Translations under genes and position numbers: made by a program
Virus record (IMG/VR): IMGVR_UViG_3300030061_003170
Direction: 5' to 3' (one strand)
Source: a virus
DNA length: 64,000 nucleotides
The notes under the pieces: generated by a model
What the model was told of the DNA's origin: nothing
Databases searched by the model: none
What the model saw: the letters and a program-made list of their open reading frames with translations, nothing else
In this document: piece by piece, positions 40,054-49,480 of the stretch
Layout of the letters: every line of letters starts with the position of its first letter
Numbering within the stretch: position 1 is the stretch's first letter

Positions 40054-41397
40054 TTAGAGCAATTTAGAAGCGGCAGTCGCCAATTTACTACGTTCACCCT
40101 TGCGAAACGTTACATGGCCCGATAGTTCAGAATTTTTAAATTTTTCTACTGCGTATGCTAAACCATTGCTTGTCTCATTTGTATAAACGTTATCTATCTG
40201 TTCTATATCTCCGGTTAAAACAATTTTCGTGTTCTCGCCAATTCTTGTAATAATTGTTTTTACTTCGTGTGCAGTTAAGTTCTGTGCTTCGTCAATAATA
40301 ACAAAGGAGTTTGAGATTGATCTACCACGGATGTAAGTTAAAGCCTCCACTTCAAGTTTACCAATATCCATGTATTCTTTAAGTTTAACATTGTTGTCGC
40401 CAATTGCATAACGAATGTTATCTTCAATCGGCTTAAGCCAAGGAAGCATCTTTTCTTCCATTGTCCCTGGGAGGAAACCGATGTCCTTACCCATAGGCTG
40501 AACTGGTCGAGAGATAATCAAACGATCATAAACTCTCTCGCCGTGACCTAAAACCTGTTCCATGCCTGCTGCAATGGCCATGAGTGTCTTACCGGAACCA
40601 GCACGACCTATTAGGGAGACAAGGGGTATCTCTGGGTCAAACAGAAGATCAAAAGAAAATGATTGCTCCTTGTTCCTTGGATGAACATTAAAGGATAATT
40701 CTTCCTTGTTATCGTAAATGTGCAACAGTGGATTGATTGGGTCCTCGTATCTTGCTAGTGCAGTCTTCTTTTCGTTTGCCAGAGACACAAGCATCACAAA
40801 CTCATGAGGGTGCAAAGTTATTTTTTGTTCCTGCAGAACCTCAGGTTCAATAACAATGTCTTCGCCTCTGTAAAACTGGTCAATTGTTTCATCGTCAACC
40901 AAAACGCTGGTGAAGCCATTGTAAATTTTGTCAGCATCATCGACAACCTGTGTTATGCTGTAGTCCTCTGTTAGTAGACCAAGAGCATCAGCGATGACCC
41001 TCATGTTAATGTCTCTTGACATAACCACACATTTGCGCTTTGGAGCATCGGCTTGTATTGTTAAAGCAGTGGCAAGGATAAGGTGGTCTGCTACCTTATG
41101 AGAAAGATCGCGTGGGAGTTCCTCTAGACAGATCTCGGAGGCTTTAATCACTCGGATGATACCTTTGCCCTTGTCAAGCCTAACGCCCTTTGAGAGCGAT
41201 CCTCGTGCCCTTAAGATGTCAAAGTTTTTGATTGCATTTCTAGCATTAAAACCAACAGAGTCTTGGCGCTTTTTGTGCTTATCAATTTCCTCGAGAACTT
41301 TCAGAGGAACAAAAATGTCGTTGTTGTCGAATTTAAAGATGCATTGAGCATCCGTTAAGAAAACGGAGGTGTCAATGACGATGTTTTTTTTAGCCAT
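40054..41397 (-). CDS. phoH: PhoH-family ATPase with N-terminal PIN domain
   Basis: VIDTSVFL PIN; GRAGSGKT, IGFLPG, YIRGRS, IIDEAQN, GDIEQID, RS motifs. Confidence 0.95.
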   Translation of the reverse strand: MAKKNIVIDTSVFLTDAQCIFKFDNNDIFVPLKVLEEIDKHKKRQDSVGFNARNAIKNFDILRARGSLSKGVRLDKGKGIIRVIKASEICLEELPRDLSHKVADHLILATALTIQADAPKRKCVVMSRDINMRVIADALGLLTEDYSITQVVDDADKIYNGFTSVLVDDETIDQFYRGEDIVIEPEVLQEQKITLHPHEFVMLVSLANEKKTALARYEDPINPLLHIYDNKEELSFNVHPRNKEQSFSFDLLFDPEIPLVSLIGRAGSGKTLMAIAAGMEQVLGHGERVYDRLIISRPVQPMGKDIGFLPGTMEEKMLPWLKPIEDNIRYAIGDNNVKLKEYMDIGKLEVEALTYIRGRSISNSFVIIDEAQNLTAHEVKTIITRIGENTKIVLTGDIEQIDNVYTNETSNGLAYAVEKFKNSELSGHVTFRKGERSKLATAASKLL

Positions 41398-41398
41398 G

Positions 41399-44300
41399 TC
41401 AGTCCTTTAGGATAGATTCCACAATGGGAATAAGTTTTTTGATTAGTTGTTCTTGTAATTTCCGAGAGAAGAAATCCTCAGCCTCCTTTGAGTCGATAAA
41501 ATCGCGAGATGGTCTTTTAGGTTTCTTTCCTCCTAGGGGCCGAGAGCCTCTAAGGCGGCGAGGAGGTGTTTTTTCAAATGCTGAGCCAGTATAGCCTGTT
41601 GGGCCACTAAATGTTTTTCTTTCTCCGGGGGTTGCTCTTTTGGATGGATCAGGGCTGAAGTCTGTCGGTTTACCGGTGCCCATTTGTCCTGTTGAATAAG
41701 TACCCTCTCCCGTTTCAAAATCTAAATCCTGGCTTTGTGCTGAACTGCCATCTTGTGGTTTTTTGGTACCAGTATTGCTTCTGGTTTTACTTTTTGCCAA
41801 GCGTTTGATAGAATTTGTAATTTCATTTTTTAATTTAAAAATAATTTTTTTGTCTGAAAATGCAAGTGCGGCAAAATCCTTTAAATTTTGTAAAACTTTT
41901 TTATATAACGTAGGGTTGTCGAGTGCTTGTTTTAAATTTGCCATGGCTTGATAAACTAACTCGCCACTTGCAACATCTTGATTATTCCCTTGAATTTTGT
42001 TAAAAAGTCGCGTGTATTTTGTGGCGACTGATCGTGGCAATGTTGCCCCCTCATCACTCAAAGTATCATCTCCAACAGCGGGACTAGTGTCTTCTGCATC
42101 CTCTTTAACTAAACGACCTTTTTCTTGTGCCATAAAAATCATAAGAGCAATAAACGCAGCATAATATTCGTCACTTTTTTCACTCAAAAGTTCATTTGTG
42201 GATATGATCTCTTGAAATTTCTCTGGGGTGAAACTTCTAATTATTTTTTTAATCCCAGATCTTTCTAATCCTGTTTCAGGTCTTGCTAAGCGTTTTATCA
42301 CTTGGCTCGTGTTGAGGGTAAAATCAGCACCAGGTACTGGTAATCCAAAGTCTTGATCTGGATCTGTTGAATATGGACCCATTATTTGTCGTTGAGTATC
42401 TGGAATTCCATCTCCATCAGTGTCAATCAACTCCACCTCAACTTCTGGATATTCAGGGTTAATACTTGGTTCCGCCTCCGGATCTATCATCTGTATGTCT
42501 TGTCCACGAACCATGGACTTCACTCCATAATGAGTCTCAATCGCGTTTGAAATTTCAACTAATTTATCAATTGTATCTTGCATGTTTGGAACTTCAATCT
42601 CTCCATCTCTAACGTTGAGGAAAATATTCGCAACAGTTCTAGAAAGATCATTGATCAACTCATTTATTCTTTTGTATGCATCCTCAAGTGTTATTACCCG
42701 GCCTGTTGCTGCATCAAATCTTGAAATTCTAGGGAAAAAGGAAACAATACCACTATCATTAATAATATCAATCATGTTTGTGGCTGTCTGTTGTGCTTTT
42801 GGAAAATTGAAGTCATCCCCTAAATGAACTTTCAGAGAATTATTATATAATTTGTACAGTTCATTATAGGTCCTTTTTACTAATTCCACCTTTTCTTTTC
42901 TAGCGCGAGCATCTTGTTCTTGTAACTGCTCACCTGACTCTGGAACTTCTTCTTGGGCTGCTAGTTTTTCAAATTCAGCCTCTATAACCTTTGCAATAAT
43001 TGCAACTATTCTAGCAATATGCTTTTGAACACTCTGAAGTCTTTCGTTAAATAATTCCTTTAATTTTGTTCCATCAAAACTAGAGTTAATATGCGTTCTT
43101 GTTGCATACTTTTCATATTGCTTGGCCAACTTACTCAGTTCGACTAAAAGATCTCTAATTGATTGAATCTCACCTTTTGTAATTCGGATTCCTTTTGGGC
43201 CGATTGGTATATCTTTTGCTTCAATGTTTCCACGTAATTTACGCATCAACCTTTGTAACCTTGGCGCTCTACTAAAATTTTGTTCTTGGAGGGGTGCCTC
43301 TGGATCTGCTGGTGCTTCTTCCTCTGGTAGTTGAGTAGGCTGCTCTTCGGCGGGAACCTCAACAAAATCAGTCAACGCCTGTCGTTCACCATCATTAAAG
43401 TCTCCGGTCATAATTTGACCAAGAGCAACAATAAGATTGCGCAATAAATCTCCTTGATCCCTTAGCAAGTTTACTCTCATGAAACTCTTGTCGCCCTCAA
43501 AAAAGTTCTTTGCGGGTTCAAGTCTCGCTTTGATAGTTGCTTGATCTCTCTCTGCTGGTTTAAGGTCTTGGAACTCATCATCAATCACTTCAACATCATC
43601 CGCTGGTCGTTGGAGTGGAAGGCTTCTAACAGCACGATCTAATTCTGTGCCAGTTGTAATTGGGTTTCCAAAAATTACTGCGTTAAAATAATTGTATGCA
43701 ATTTTGGGTTTTTCACTGATAGCATTAATAAAAGGTTCTCTATTCTGATCAAATGATTTATCAGATACAATTTCCCATGCTAATTTTGATTGCTTTTTAT
43801 TGAAAAAACTCTCTCCCCTTTCAAAGTCCGTGAGTTCATCAGATACCTGGCCGGTGGCGAACTGCTGGACTCCTCTAAAGAATCCGTACGCTGCCTCTTT
43901 TGTTGGTATGTCCACCTCTTCTTCTAATAATTCTTTACCACCTTTTTCAATGAATTCTCTTGCAAAATCGCTTAAGGCCTTTTCCTCTGGTGGTGTCAGT
44001 TCAGCAATCACAGCCTCAACTTCTTGTTCGCTTGGTGCTTGTACTGGTGCTAGTGCTGCACTAGCGGCATCCTCAAAATCTAATTTTAATTGTGTAACTA
44101 TCCCTGTTTCCTCATCTGTGACATCTTCGTCGGGTATGTCAAAGTTTTCACCCTCTTGTTTGATAAAATTTTTAAGTGCCGTCGTTGTTCTTTGAAGGTT
44201 ATCTACCTTTAAGTTTTGTGCTGCCTCAAGATATGCTGCTTTCCAATCCTCATAGGATACCTCTTTATTATTTATTGTTCTTTTTTTATTTGCATTACCC

Positions 44301-44602
44301 CAGTCGGTAATGTATTTTGCTAAACCTTCCTCAGTTTTTATCTCTTCTAAAAAAGTGTTAATGATATCCTCTACTTGTTTTTCAACCTCTTGTTTAGGAC
44401 CTGGTGTTATGTTTTGTAAAAGTTGTCCAAGTTTATTTGATAAAGAACCTTTTGGTTCTTCTTTTAAAACACTAGCGTTAACCTCTTCAGCAATTATTCT
44501 ATTTAAGACGGAACTGTCAACAGTTTTTGACTCTCTAAGAATCTTCATCATCGGATGATTAAATATCTCTTTTGCTATTTCTCTCTTGTTCATTGGCATC
44601 AC
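41399..44602 (-). CDS. 1067-aa acidic helical protein, possible internal head protein
   Basis: RIIAEEV motif and repeated LxE sites; preceded by terminator plus CTATTTA motif. Confidence 0.55.
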   Translation of the reverse strand: MMPMNKREIAKEIFNHPMMKILRESKTVDSSVLNRIIAEEVNASVLKEEPKGSLSNKLGQLLQNITPGPKQEVEKQVEDIINTFLEEIKTEEGLAKYITDWGNANKKRTINNKEVSYEDWKAAYLEAAQNLKVDNLQRTTTALKNFIKQEGENFDIPDEDVTDEETGIVTQLKLDFEDAASAALAPVQAPSEQEVEAVIAELTPPEEKALSDFAREFIEKGGKELLEEEVDIPTKEAAYGFFRGVQQFATGQVSDELTDFERGESFFNKKQSKLAWEIVSDKSFDQNREPFINAISEKPKIAYNYFNAVIFGNPITTGTELDRAVRSLPLQRPADDVEVIDDEFQDLKPAERDQATIKARLEPAKNFFEGDKSFMRVNLLRDQGDLLRNLIVALGQIMTGDFNDGERQALTDFVEVPAEEQPTQLPEEEAPADPEAPLQEQNFSRAPRLQRLMRKLRGNIEAKDIPIGPKGIRITKGEIQSIRDLLVELSKLAKQYEKYATRTHINSSFDGTKLKELFNERLQSVQKHIARIVAIIAKVIEAEFEKLAAQEEVPESGEQLQEQDARARKEKVELVKRTYNELYKLYNNSLKVHLGDDFNFPKAQQTATNMIDIINDSGIVSFFPRISRFDAATGRVITLEDAYKRINELINDLSRTVANIFLNVRDGEIEVPNMQDTIDKLVEISNAIETHYGVKSMVRGQDIQMIDPEAEPSINPEYPEVEVELIDTDGDGIPDTQRQIMGPYSTDPDQDFGLPVPGADFTLNTSQVIKRLARPETGLERSGIKKIIRSFTPEKFQEIISTNELLSEKSDEYYAAFIALMIFMAQEKGRLVKEDAEDTSPAVGDDTLSDEGATLPRSVATKYTRLFNKIQGNNQDVASGELVYQAMANLKQALDNPTLYKKVLQNLKDFAALAFSDKKIIFKLKNEITNSIKRLAKSKTRSNTGTKKPQDGSSAQSQDLDFETGEGTYSTGQMGTGKPTDFSPDPSKRATPGERKTFSGPTGYTGSAFEKTPPRRLRGSRPLGGKKPKRPSRDFIDSKEAEDFFSRKLQEQLIKKLIPIVESILKD

Positions 44603-44610
44603 CTCAACCT

Positions 44611-44617
44611 TAAATAG
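44611..44617 (-). promoter_or_regulatory. Candidate late promoter CTATTTA
   Basis: Immediately downstream of a terminator and upstream of GAGGT RBS. Confidence 0.6.
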
Positions 44618-44619
44618 AC

Positions 44620-44650
44620 AAAAAGCAGGGTTTTCGCCCTGCTTTGTTTT
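44620..44650. terminator. Intrinsic terminator, probably bidirectional
   Basis: AAAGCAGGG-N6-CCCTGCTTT 9-bp stem with T/A tracts both sides. Confidence 0.8.
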
Positions 44651-44654
44651 AAGA

Positions 44655-44900
44655 TTAATGTTCTGTTTCGGAGTTCATTCCCCGTTGTATTAGATAACTT
44701 ACAATATCTAAGAACTCTGGGTTTTGCCCAAGCATAAACCCAGTCTTACAAACTTGTTCCAGTTCTTCAGGTGTTATTCCAGCCTCCGCTGCATCACAAC
44801 AAGTTAAAATTAAGTTCTGAATGACCTTCATCAACTTACCGGTCTCATCCTGCTCTGCTCTCACTAACAGTTCTTCGAGTATTGGATCTTCAAGTTTCAT
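44655..44900 (-). CDS. Hypothetical protein
   Basis: Start MKLEDP with AGGAGA RBS. Confidence 0.6.
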   Translation of the reverse strand: MKLEDPILEELLVRAEQDETGKLMKVIQNLILTCCDAAEAGITPEELEQVCKTGFMLGQNPEFLDIVSYLIQRGMNSETEH

Positions 44901-44901
44901 T

Positions 44902-45405
44902 TTATCTCCTAATAAATTTTTTCCAAGCATCTGGCATCTCAAGATGATGATAAAAATCAAGAATTGAGAACCTTGGCTCTGATGGTTCCTTTAATAACGT
45001 CATAGAAGCCTCATATGGCGTTTTACAGCCCTTCTTTTGATTACAGCATACACAAGCCGTCACAAGGTTTTCCCAGCCTCCTAGGCCCCCTCTTGACTTC
45101 GGAATGACATGATCCAAAGTTAACTGCGAATGTTTAAATTTGTCACCACAATATTGACAAACGTATTTATCTCTCCAATAAATGTTTCTTCTTGTGGCTG
45201 AGGCTCTAACTGTCTTCTTTCTGATATATGATTTGAGTACTATAACCGATGGAAAGTTATAATCAACACAAGGTCCTTGCTGATGTTCTTCTATCGCTTG
45301 CGCACGACCACCATAAACCATCGAAAACCCTCTTTCAGCAGTAATGACCTCTAGTGGCTGCCATGCAGCATCCAGTTTTAAGGTCATAAGTTTAGCCAAA
45401 ATCAA
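44902..45405 (-). CDS. HNH endonuclease (McrA-like)
   Basis: RDKYVCQYCG, TLDHVIPKSRGG, WENLVTACVCCNQKK. Confidence 0.92.
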   Translation of the reverse strand: MILAKLMTLKLDAAWQPLEVITAERGFSMVYGGRAQAIEEHQQGPCVDYNFPSVIVLKSYIRKKTVRASATRRNIYWRDKYVCQYCGDKFKHSQLTLDHVIPKSRGGLGGWENLVTACVCCNQKKGCKTPYEASMTLLKEPSEPRFSILDFYHHLEMPDAWKKFIRR

Positions 45406-45421
45406 ACCCTCTCCTAAGTAA

Positions 45422-45751
45422 CTAGTTCTTTTTAATTAGTTTAGAAGCCGAGCCTTCCGGGGTTAACTTAGAACTAACAATCTCCTTGAGATCAAAGTTA
45501 TCAATCACCGACTTCAGTTCTCCACATGCTTTTTTGTAATCAGGTTCCATCTCAAGAGTCGTTTTACCACCATGACCATGGATAGCATGAACTTCTCCAA
45601 TACTATCATACACAGTTACACTGGGGTGTTCACTTAGCCATGTCACTGCAACTTTTCCGTTGTCAAAGACAAATCCTTGGGCGACACGTCCCGTTCCTGA
45701 GATTCCACTCTCATCTTCTTCTCTCTTTAAATAAAATATTTTCATAACCAT
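45422..45751 (-). CDS. Conserved phage hypothetical protein
   Basis: LKREEDESGISGTGRVAQG...HGHGG. Confidence 0.65.
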   Translation of the reverse strand: MVMKIFYLKREEDESGISGTGRVAQGFVFDNGKVAVTWLSEHPSVTVYDSIGEVHAIHGHGGKTTLEMEPDYKKACGELKSVIDNFDLKEIVSSKLTPEGSASKLIKKN

Positions 45752-46158
45752 TCATCTTCCGATGATTCTTCTTCCCTATGTAGCGGTTGGTTTTTAACTT
45801 CTGAGGGGGAAGAAATCATCGATTGGGCCTCCCTTCCCCTAAAACTATTGATAAAATTCTCATGTTCCCGTGCGACAAATCTCAAAATGTCAGTTATCAC
45901 CTCAAAAAGGTCCTCGTTGTGAGGAATGATGTTTAAACTAGAATGTTCAATTGACACTTCAGCCATGGGAATTCCTTGTCTTGTTTCAATCATACAACTG
46001 TTGTTATCAAGAGTTGCACAATAATAAATAGTATTATCAGAATACCAATCCACAAACAGTTCAAAATAGGCTTCTTCCTCTTCTGGTGATTCTAGTTCTA
46101 GATTAATACCATTTGTCAATATATCCTTAATTCCTTTTAAGATAAAATCTCTTGACAT
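45742..46158 (-). CDS. Hypothetical acidic protein
   Basis: ORF with AAGGAG RBS. Confidence 0.6.
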   Translation of the reverse strand: MSRDFILKGIKDILTNGINLELESPEEEEAYFELFVDWYSDNTIYYCATLDNNSCMIETRQGIPMAEVSIEHSSLNIIPHNEDLFEVITDILRFVAREHENFINSFRGREAQSMISSPSEVKNQPLHREEESSEDEWL

Positions 46159-46176
46159 TCTCTCTCCTTTAAAAAA

Positions 46177-46250
46177 TACACCTGACAGGATTCGAACCTG
46201 TAACCTACGGCTTAGAAGGCCGTTGCACTATCCAGTTGTGCTACAGGTGC
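46177..46250 (-). tRNA. trnR: tRNA-Arg, anticodon UCU; CCA not encoded
   Basis: GCACCTG/CAGGTGT acceptor stem, TGGATA D-loop, ACGGC-CTTCTAA-GCCGT anticodon arm, GGTTCGAATCC T-arm. Confidence 0.95.
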
Positions 46251-47050
46251 TAATCAGAATTTTTTTCATGTAATTCCTTAATAATTTCATAAATAATATC
46301 TTTTGTTGCCGCAGGACCCGTGGTTTTAAATGATTGACTTTTACAAGCATCATATATCTCCCTGTCATTACCAGCACCTTCGCACTTATCACCAACAAAC
46401 CAATAATTCCAATTAGGGAAGTGCTTAAAAGCAAAAGTCTTGTCCCAACCAACAGGAAAAATATCAAAAGATGTTTGTCCACCAATTTTAATACAGATTT
46501 TTTCAGACAAGCCATATTTTTTCAAATGTAACTTTAATCTTTCTATATACCTCAGTCTAAAAAACTCTCTCTTGTCATATTCAATGAATCTTTTCCTATC
46601 TTCTTCATTAGAACATCTTCCAATTGGGCACCAATTGATTGTAGAACCCCTAAAATCTATAAAGTTGCCTTTTAACTGTAGTAGTCCAAGATTAGATATT
46701 TCATTCTGCATTTTTATAAGAACTTTCATCAATTCCTGGAATGAATTAGAGCCTAAAAAATGTTCCATCGAAATATTATAATTTAGAGTATGATTCTTTT
46801 CGTGAAAAACAGGAGGCTTGAACCACTTGGTGCCATTGCACGGCAAAAGATGAATGTGGTAAGAGGCTGCTGAATTTTTAAGAAACTTGCCCATTTGTTG
46901 AATTATATAATTATAATCTGACCCTGTAACAATCCCCACTTCACACCATTGAGTTAAGTCTCGTAGTGGAGCATCTAAATCCCAATGGAATTTCCTACGA
47001 GGTGGCGTTAATGTTCCATCCATGTCAAAAAATACTATATCTTTTTTCAA
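46250..47050 (-). CDS. Eukaryote-type (HAD-IIB) phosphomannomutase
   Basis: FDMDGTLT, VTGSD, FRGSTINWCPIGR, GGQTSFDIFPVGWDKT, FVGDK..GNDREIY; probable TTG start after GGAGA. Confidence 0.85.
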   Translation of the reverse strand: MKKDIVFFDMDGTLTPPRRKFHWDLDAPLRDLTQWCEVGIVTGSDYNYIIQQMGKFLKNSAASYHIHLLPCNGTKWFKPPVFHEKNHTLNYNISMEHFLGSNSFQELMKVLIKMQNEISNLGLLQLKGNFIDFRGSTINWCPIGRCSNEEDRKRFIEYDKREFFRLRYIERLKLHLKKYGLSEKICIKIGGQTSFDIFPVGWDKTFAFKHFPNWNYWFVGDKCEGAGNDREIYDACKSQSFKTTGPAATKDIIYEIIKELHEKNSD

Positions 47051-47070
47051 AATTTTCTCCACTAAAAACA

Positions 47071-47099
47071 ATTATAACATGTTGCTACTTAATTGTCAA
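47071..47099 (-). promoter_or_regulatory. Consensus sigma70 promoter TTGACA-N17-TATAAT
   Basis: Perfect hexamers read directly. Confidence 0.85.
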
Positions 47100-47258
47100 G
47101 TTTTTTTCTAATTTTTGTTTAGCAAGCCTCACCTCTTCCAAGGCAGTCTTGATATTCCTATCATAATCATCAGCCATGGTACTCCACAACTTGGCACGCA
47201 TAAGTTTTTTTTCAATTGTGTCGAGAATCAACCACAATTTGTCATAAGTTTGGCTCAT
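47085..47258 (-). CDS. 57-aa hypothetical protein (below ORF-track cutoff)
   Basis: Hand translation MSQTYDKLWLILDTIEKK...; fills gap, GGAG RBS. Confidence 0.5.
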   Translation of the reverse strand: MSQTYDKLWLILDTIEKKLMRAKLWSTMADDYDRNIKTALEEVRLAKQKLEKNLTIK

Positions 47259-47484
47259 TTACTTTCTCCAAATAAATTTCATTTATTTCACTAATTGCAC
47301 CATCGTTCCACAATACCTTAATGACGTTTCTAGTTCCAATGTGAGAACGATAATAGTTAAATTTTATTTCTGAGATGATTCCTATACATCTTTTGTTTTT
47401 CAGTTCTTTTTGTATTGGACCAAGTTTTATAATAGTCTTTGAATTAGTAATTCTAACCAAGTCTCCAACTTCAAACTTTTCCAT
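47242..47484 (-). CDS. Small SH3/KOW-like hypothetical protein
   Basis: FEVGDLVRI...GIISEI...KVLWNDG. Confidence 0.55.
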   Translation of the reverse strand: MEKFEVGDLVRITNSKTIIKLGPIQKELKNKRCIGIISEIKFNYYRSHIGTRNVIKVLWNDGAISEINEIYLEKVNEPNL

Positions 47485-47753
47485 TAATACTTCCAAACTT
47501 TTATAACAAGATCACCATCTCCGCATATTAATCGATGATAAGTCATTTTTGGAATCCAATAACTTTCTCCAATAATCAGAGTTTTTGGCAACTCATTGTC
47601 AAGTTGTAATTTCCAATTCCTACCTTCAACCAACTCAACCTTTCTGTCTTCTTTGTCTAGATGCCAGATAAGTTCATCTTGAGAAGTTTCTTTTTTAAAC
47701 TCTCTCAAAAAAAGTTTTTTTCCAATTCGCATTTCGCTGAATGGGAAATCCAT
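47484..47753 (-). CDS. Small cupin-like protein
   Basis: WHLDKEDR...WIPKMTYHRL. Confidence 0.6.
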   Translation of the reverse strand: MDFPFSEMRIGKKLFLREFKKETSQDELIWHLDKEDRKVELVEGRNWKLQLDNELPKTLIIGESYWIPKMTYHRLICGDGDLVIKVWKY

Positions 47754-48352
47754 TACCAGAACCTACCAGGTACATTCTTGCCAAAATCTTTGTGTGCTCT
47801 ACAAGCCCAATATCCAGCCTTGGTTCTATCTTTCTTTTTCTCGCACTGATGACGGGAAGCAAATGATTTGCGTGCTTCTGGGTTGTTCCAGTTTCCTTTA
47901 AGGCCACCTTTAGAGTCCCCATAGGTGATAGTCTTGACGTTTCCTGTCTTTGGATCACGAACATACACTTTGTATTTCTTGCCACCACCAGAATTCTTCA
48001 TGGGTTTACCAATGGGCTTCTTCTCTTTGTCTTCTTCGATTTCTGACTTTGATTCCTCGATATACATTGGGAAATCCAAAGGAACCTCTTCTCCCTCAAA
48101 CATTACCCACTCACCAAGTTCTGTGTTTTCAAGCATATCTCGTTCTTCATCGTTGACAACTTCGTAAAGACCCATCTTGTAGAACTTACGGCCTTGACTA
48201 ATTGTGTTAAAATAACAAGAAGAACCAACACGAAAAATGTTTTCATGCAAAGGGGTCTTAGTCTTTACGTGTTCCAGCAATCCAGGCTTAAACAAAACCT
48301 CTTGGGTTTCTTCGAGAATAATTCTTTCTATTTGTTCGTTTGTAAATTTCAT
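47753..48352 (-). CDS. MKFT..IIxEE-leader protein with basic C-terminal domain
   Basis: MKFTNEQIERIILEE; KKYKVYVRDPK...ARKSFASRHQC..AGYWAC. Confidence 0.7.
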   Translation of the reverse strand: MKFTNEQIERIILEETQEVLFKPGLLEHVKTKTPLHENIFRVGSSCYFNTISQGRKFYKMGLYEVVNDEERDMLENTELGEWVMFEGEEVPLDFPMYIEESKSEIEEDKEKKPIGKPMKNSGGGKKYKVYVRDPKTGNVKTITYGDSKGGLKGNWNNPEARKSFASRHQCEKKKDRTKAGYWACRAHKDFGKNVPGRFW

Positions 48353-49092
48353 CCTTTTTTACCTCTTTTAGCCTTCTTGCCCCATGACTTTCCTTTGCCT
48401 CGTTCTTTACAAGCACCAGGGGTTGGTCTGCATGCTGGATACTTCTTACGCTTTTCACCAGAACCACGACCGCATGATTTGTAGCCACCCTTGCCGTCAG
48501 GAGCATTACAATCAACCCAACCTTTCTTCTTGCCCTTGGCTCCTTTACGACCGAACCAATCTCTTAATGAAGATTCTTTGCTTGATTCTGTTCCGGCCTT
48601 CTTACGCTTTTTTCTTTTTTTTTTCTTTTCATCAAGGACTGCATCTAATTCTTCCTCGATAATTTTGTTCAACTGTTCTTTAGTGATCTTAATTTCATCA
48701 CCATCACCACGGACATAATCTCCATGATCATGCTCGCCAACATCTTCCATACTGTCTAGAATTTTCTGAATCTCTTCATCTTTGGCTTTTGTAAAAACCT
48801 TCTTGAGAGCCTTCATTCCAAGAGCACCACCTTCTTTCTTAAAGACTGCCTTAACTGCATCGGCAGTTAATTCTTTTTCTTCACTGAGGGATTCATTTTT
48901 CTTTTTAGATTTGTTACCCCAGTTCTTGGCACCGACTTTTCTACATTTAACAAGCGCACCTGAAGCGTATGCTGAAGGCCAAACCTTATACCTTCGCTTA
49001 ACTTTATGATAGCAGGCATCACGTTTTACTTTGGCTTTAGCCTTTTTCTTTTTCTTACGTTTCTTTTTTTCTTCCAAATTATCTTCGAGCAT
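48349..49092 (-). CDS. Highly basic multi-module protein, probable DNA-binding/internal protein
   Basis: Poly-Lys tracts, DACYHKVK..WPSAYASGALVKCRK, internal KITKEQLNKIIEEEL. Confidence 0.7.
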   Translation of the reverse strand: MLEDNLEEKKKRKKKKKAKAKVKRDACYHKVKRRYKVWPSAYASGALVKCRKVGAKNWGNKSKKKNESLSEEKELTADAVKAVFKKEGGALGMKALKKVFTKAKDEEIQKILDSMEDVGEHDHGDYVRGDGDEIKITKEQLNKIIEEELDAVLDEKKKKRKKRKKAGTESSKESSLRDWFGRKGAKGKKKGWVDCNAPDGKGGYKSCGRGSGEKRKKYPACRPTPGACKERGKGKSWGKKAKRGKKG

Positions 49093-49136
49093 TGAAAAGC
49101 ACCCCTTATATATATTATATATTATATTAATAAATA

Positions 49137-49460
49137 TTAATTAAAATAACTTTCAGTCTTATGCTTCTTTAAAAACTTATATAAATCACTTCTATCTATT
49201 CCTAATAATCTAGCCATATCTTTTTTAGTTTCACATGCAGTATAAGAATATTTTAATAAAGCATCTCTACATATCTCAGGCATTGCTTTCCATAAAGGAA
49301 AATTATATAACTTACCTCCAAGTAATCTAGATGATTGTTCTAACTTAATTGCTATCAGTTCTTCTAAAGAAATAGAGGAGAGAACATTAAGAAAGTTTTC
49401 ATTCAATCTTTGTTCCCTCCTCAGTTTATTAATAATGGAGTGGTTCTTTTTATTTGACAT
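49137..49460 (-). CDS. Fis-like helix-turn-helix protein
   Basis: KKDMARLLGIDRSDLYKFLKKH. Confidence 0.65.
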   Translation of the reverse strand: MSNKKNHSIINKLRREQRLNENFLNVLSSISLEELIAIKLEQSSRLLGGKLYNFPLWKAMPEICRDALLKYSYTACETKKDMARLLGIDRSDLYKFLKKHKTESYFN

Positions 49461-49480
49461 CAGTACCTCAACGTGTTACA

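Noticed and set aside
40054-41397. PhoH as a novelty
   Set aside because: Very common in large phages
44902-45405. HNH as intron-encoded mobile element
   Set aside because: Free-standing; no interrupted gene or intron structure seen
48600-48630. Poly-T run as terminator or sequencing artefact
   Set aside because: It encodes an in-frame poly-Lys tract on the minus strand
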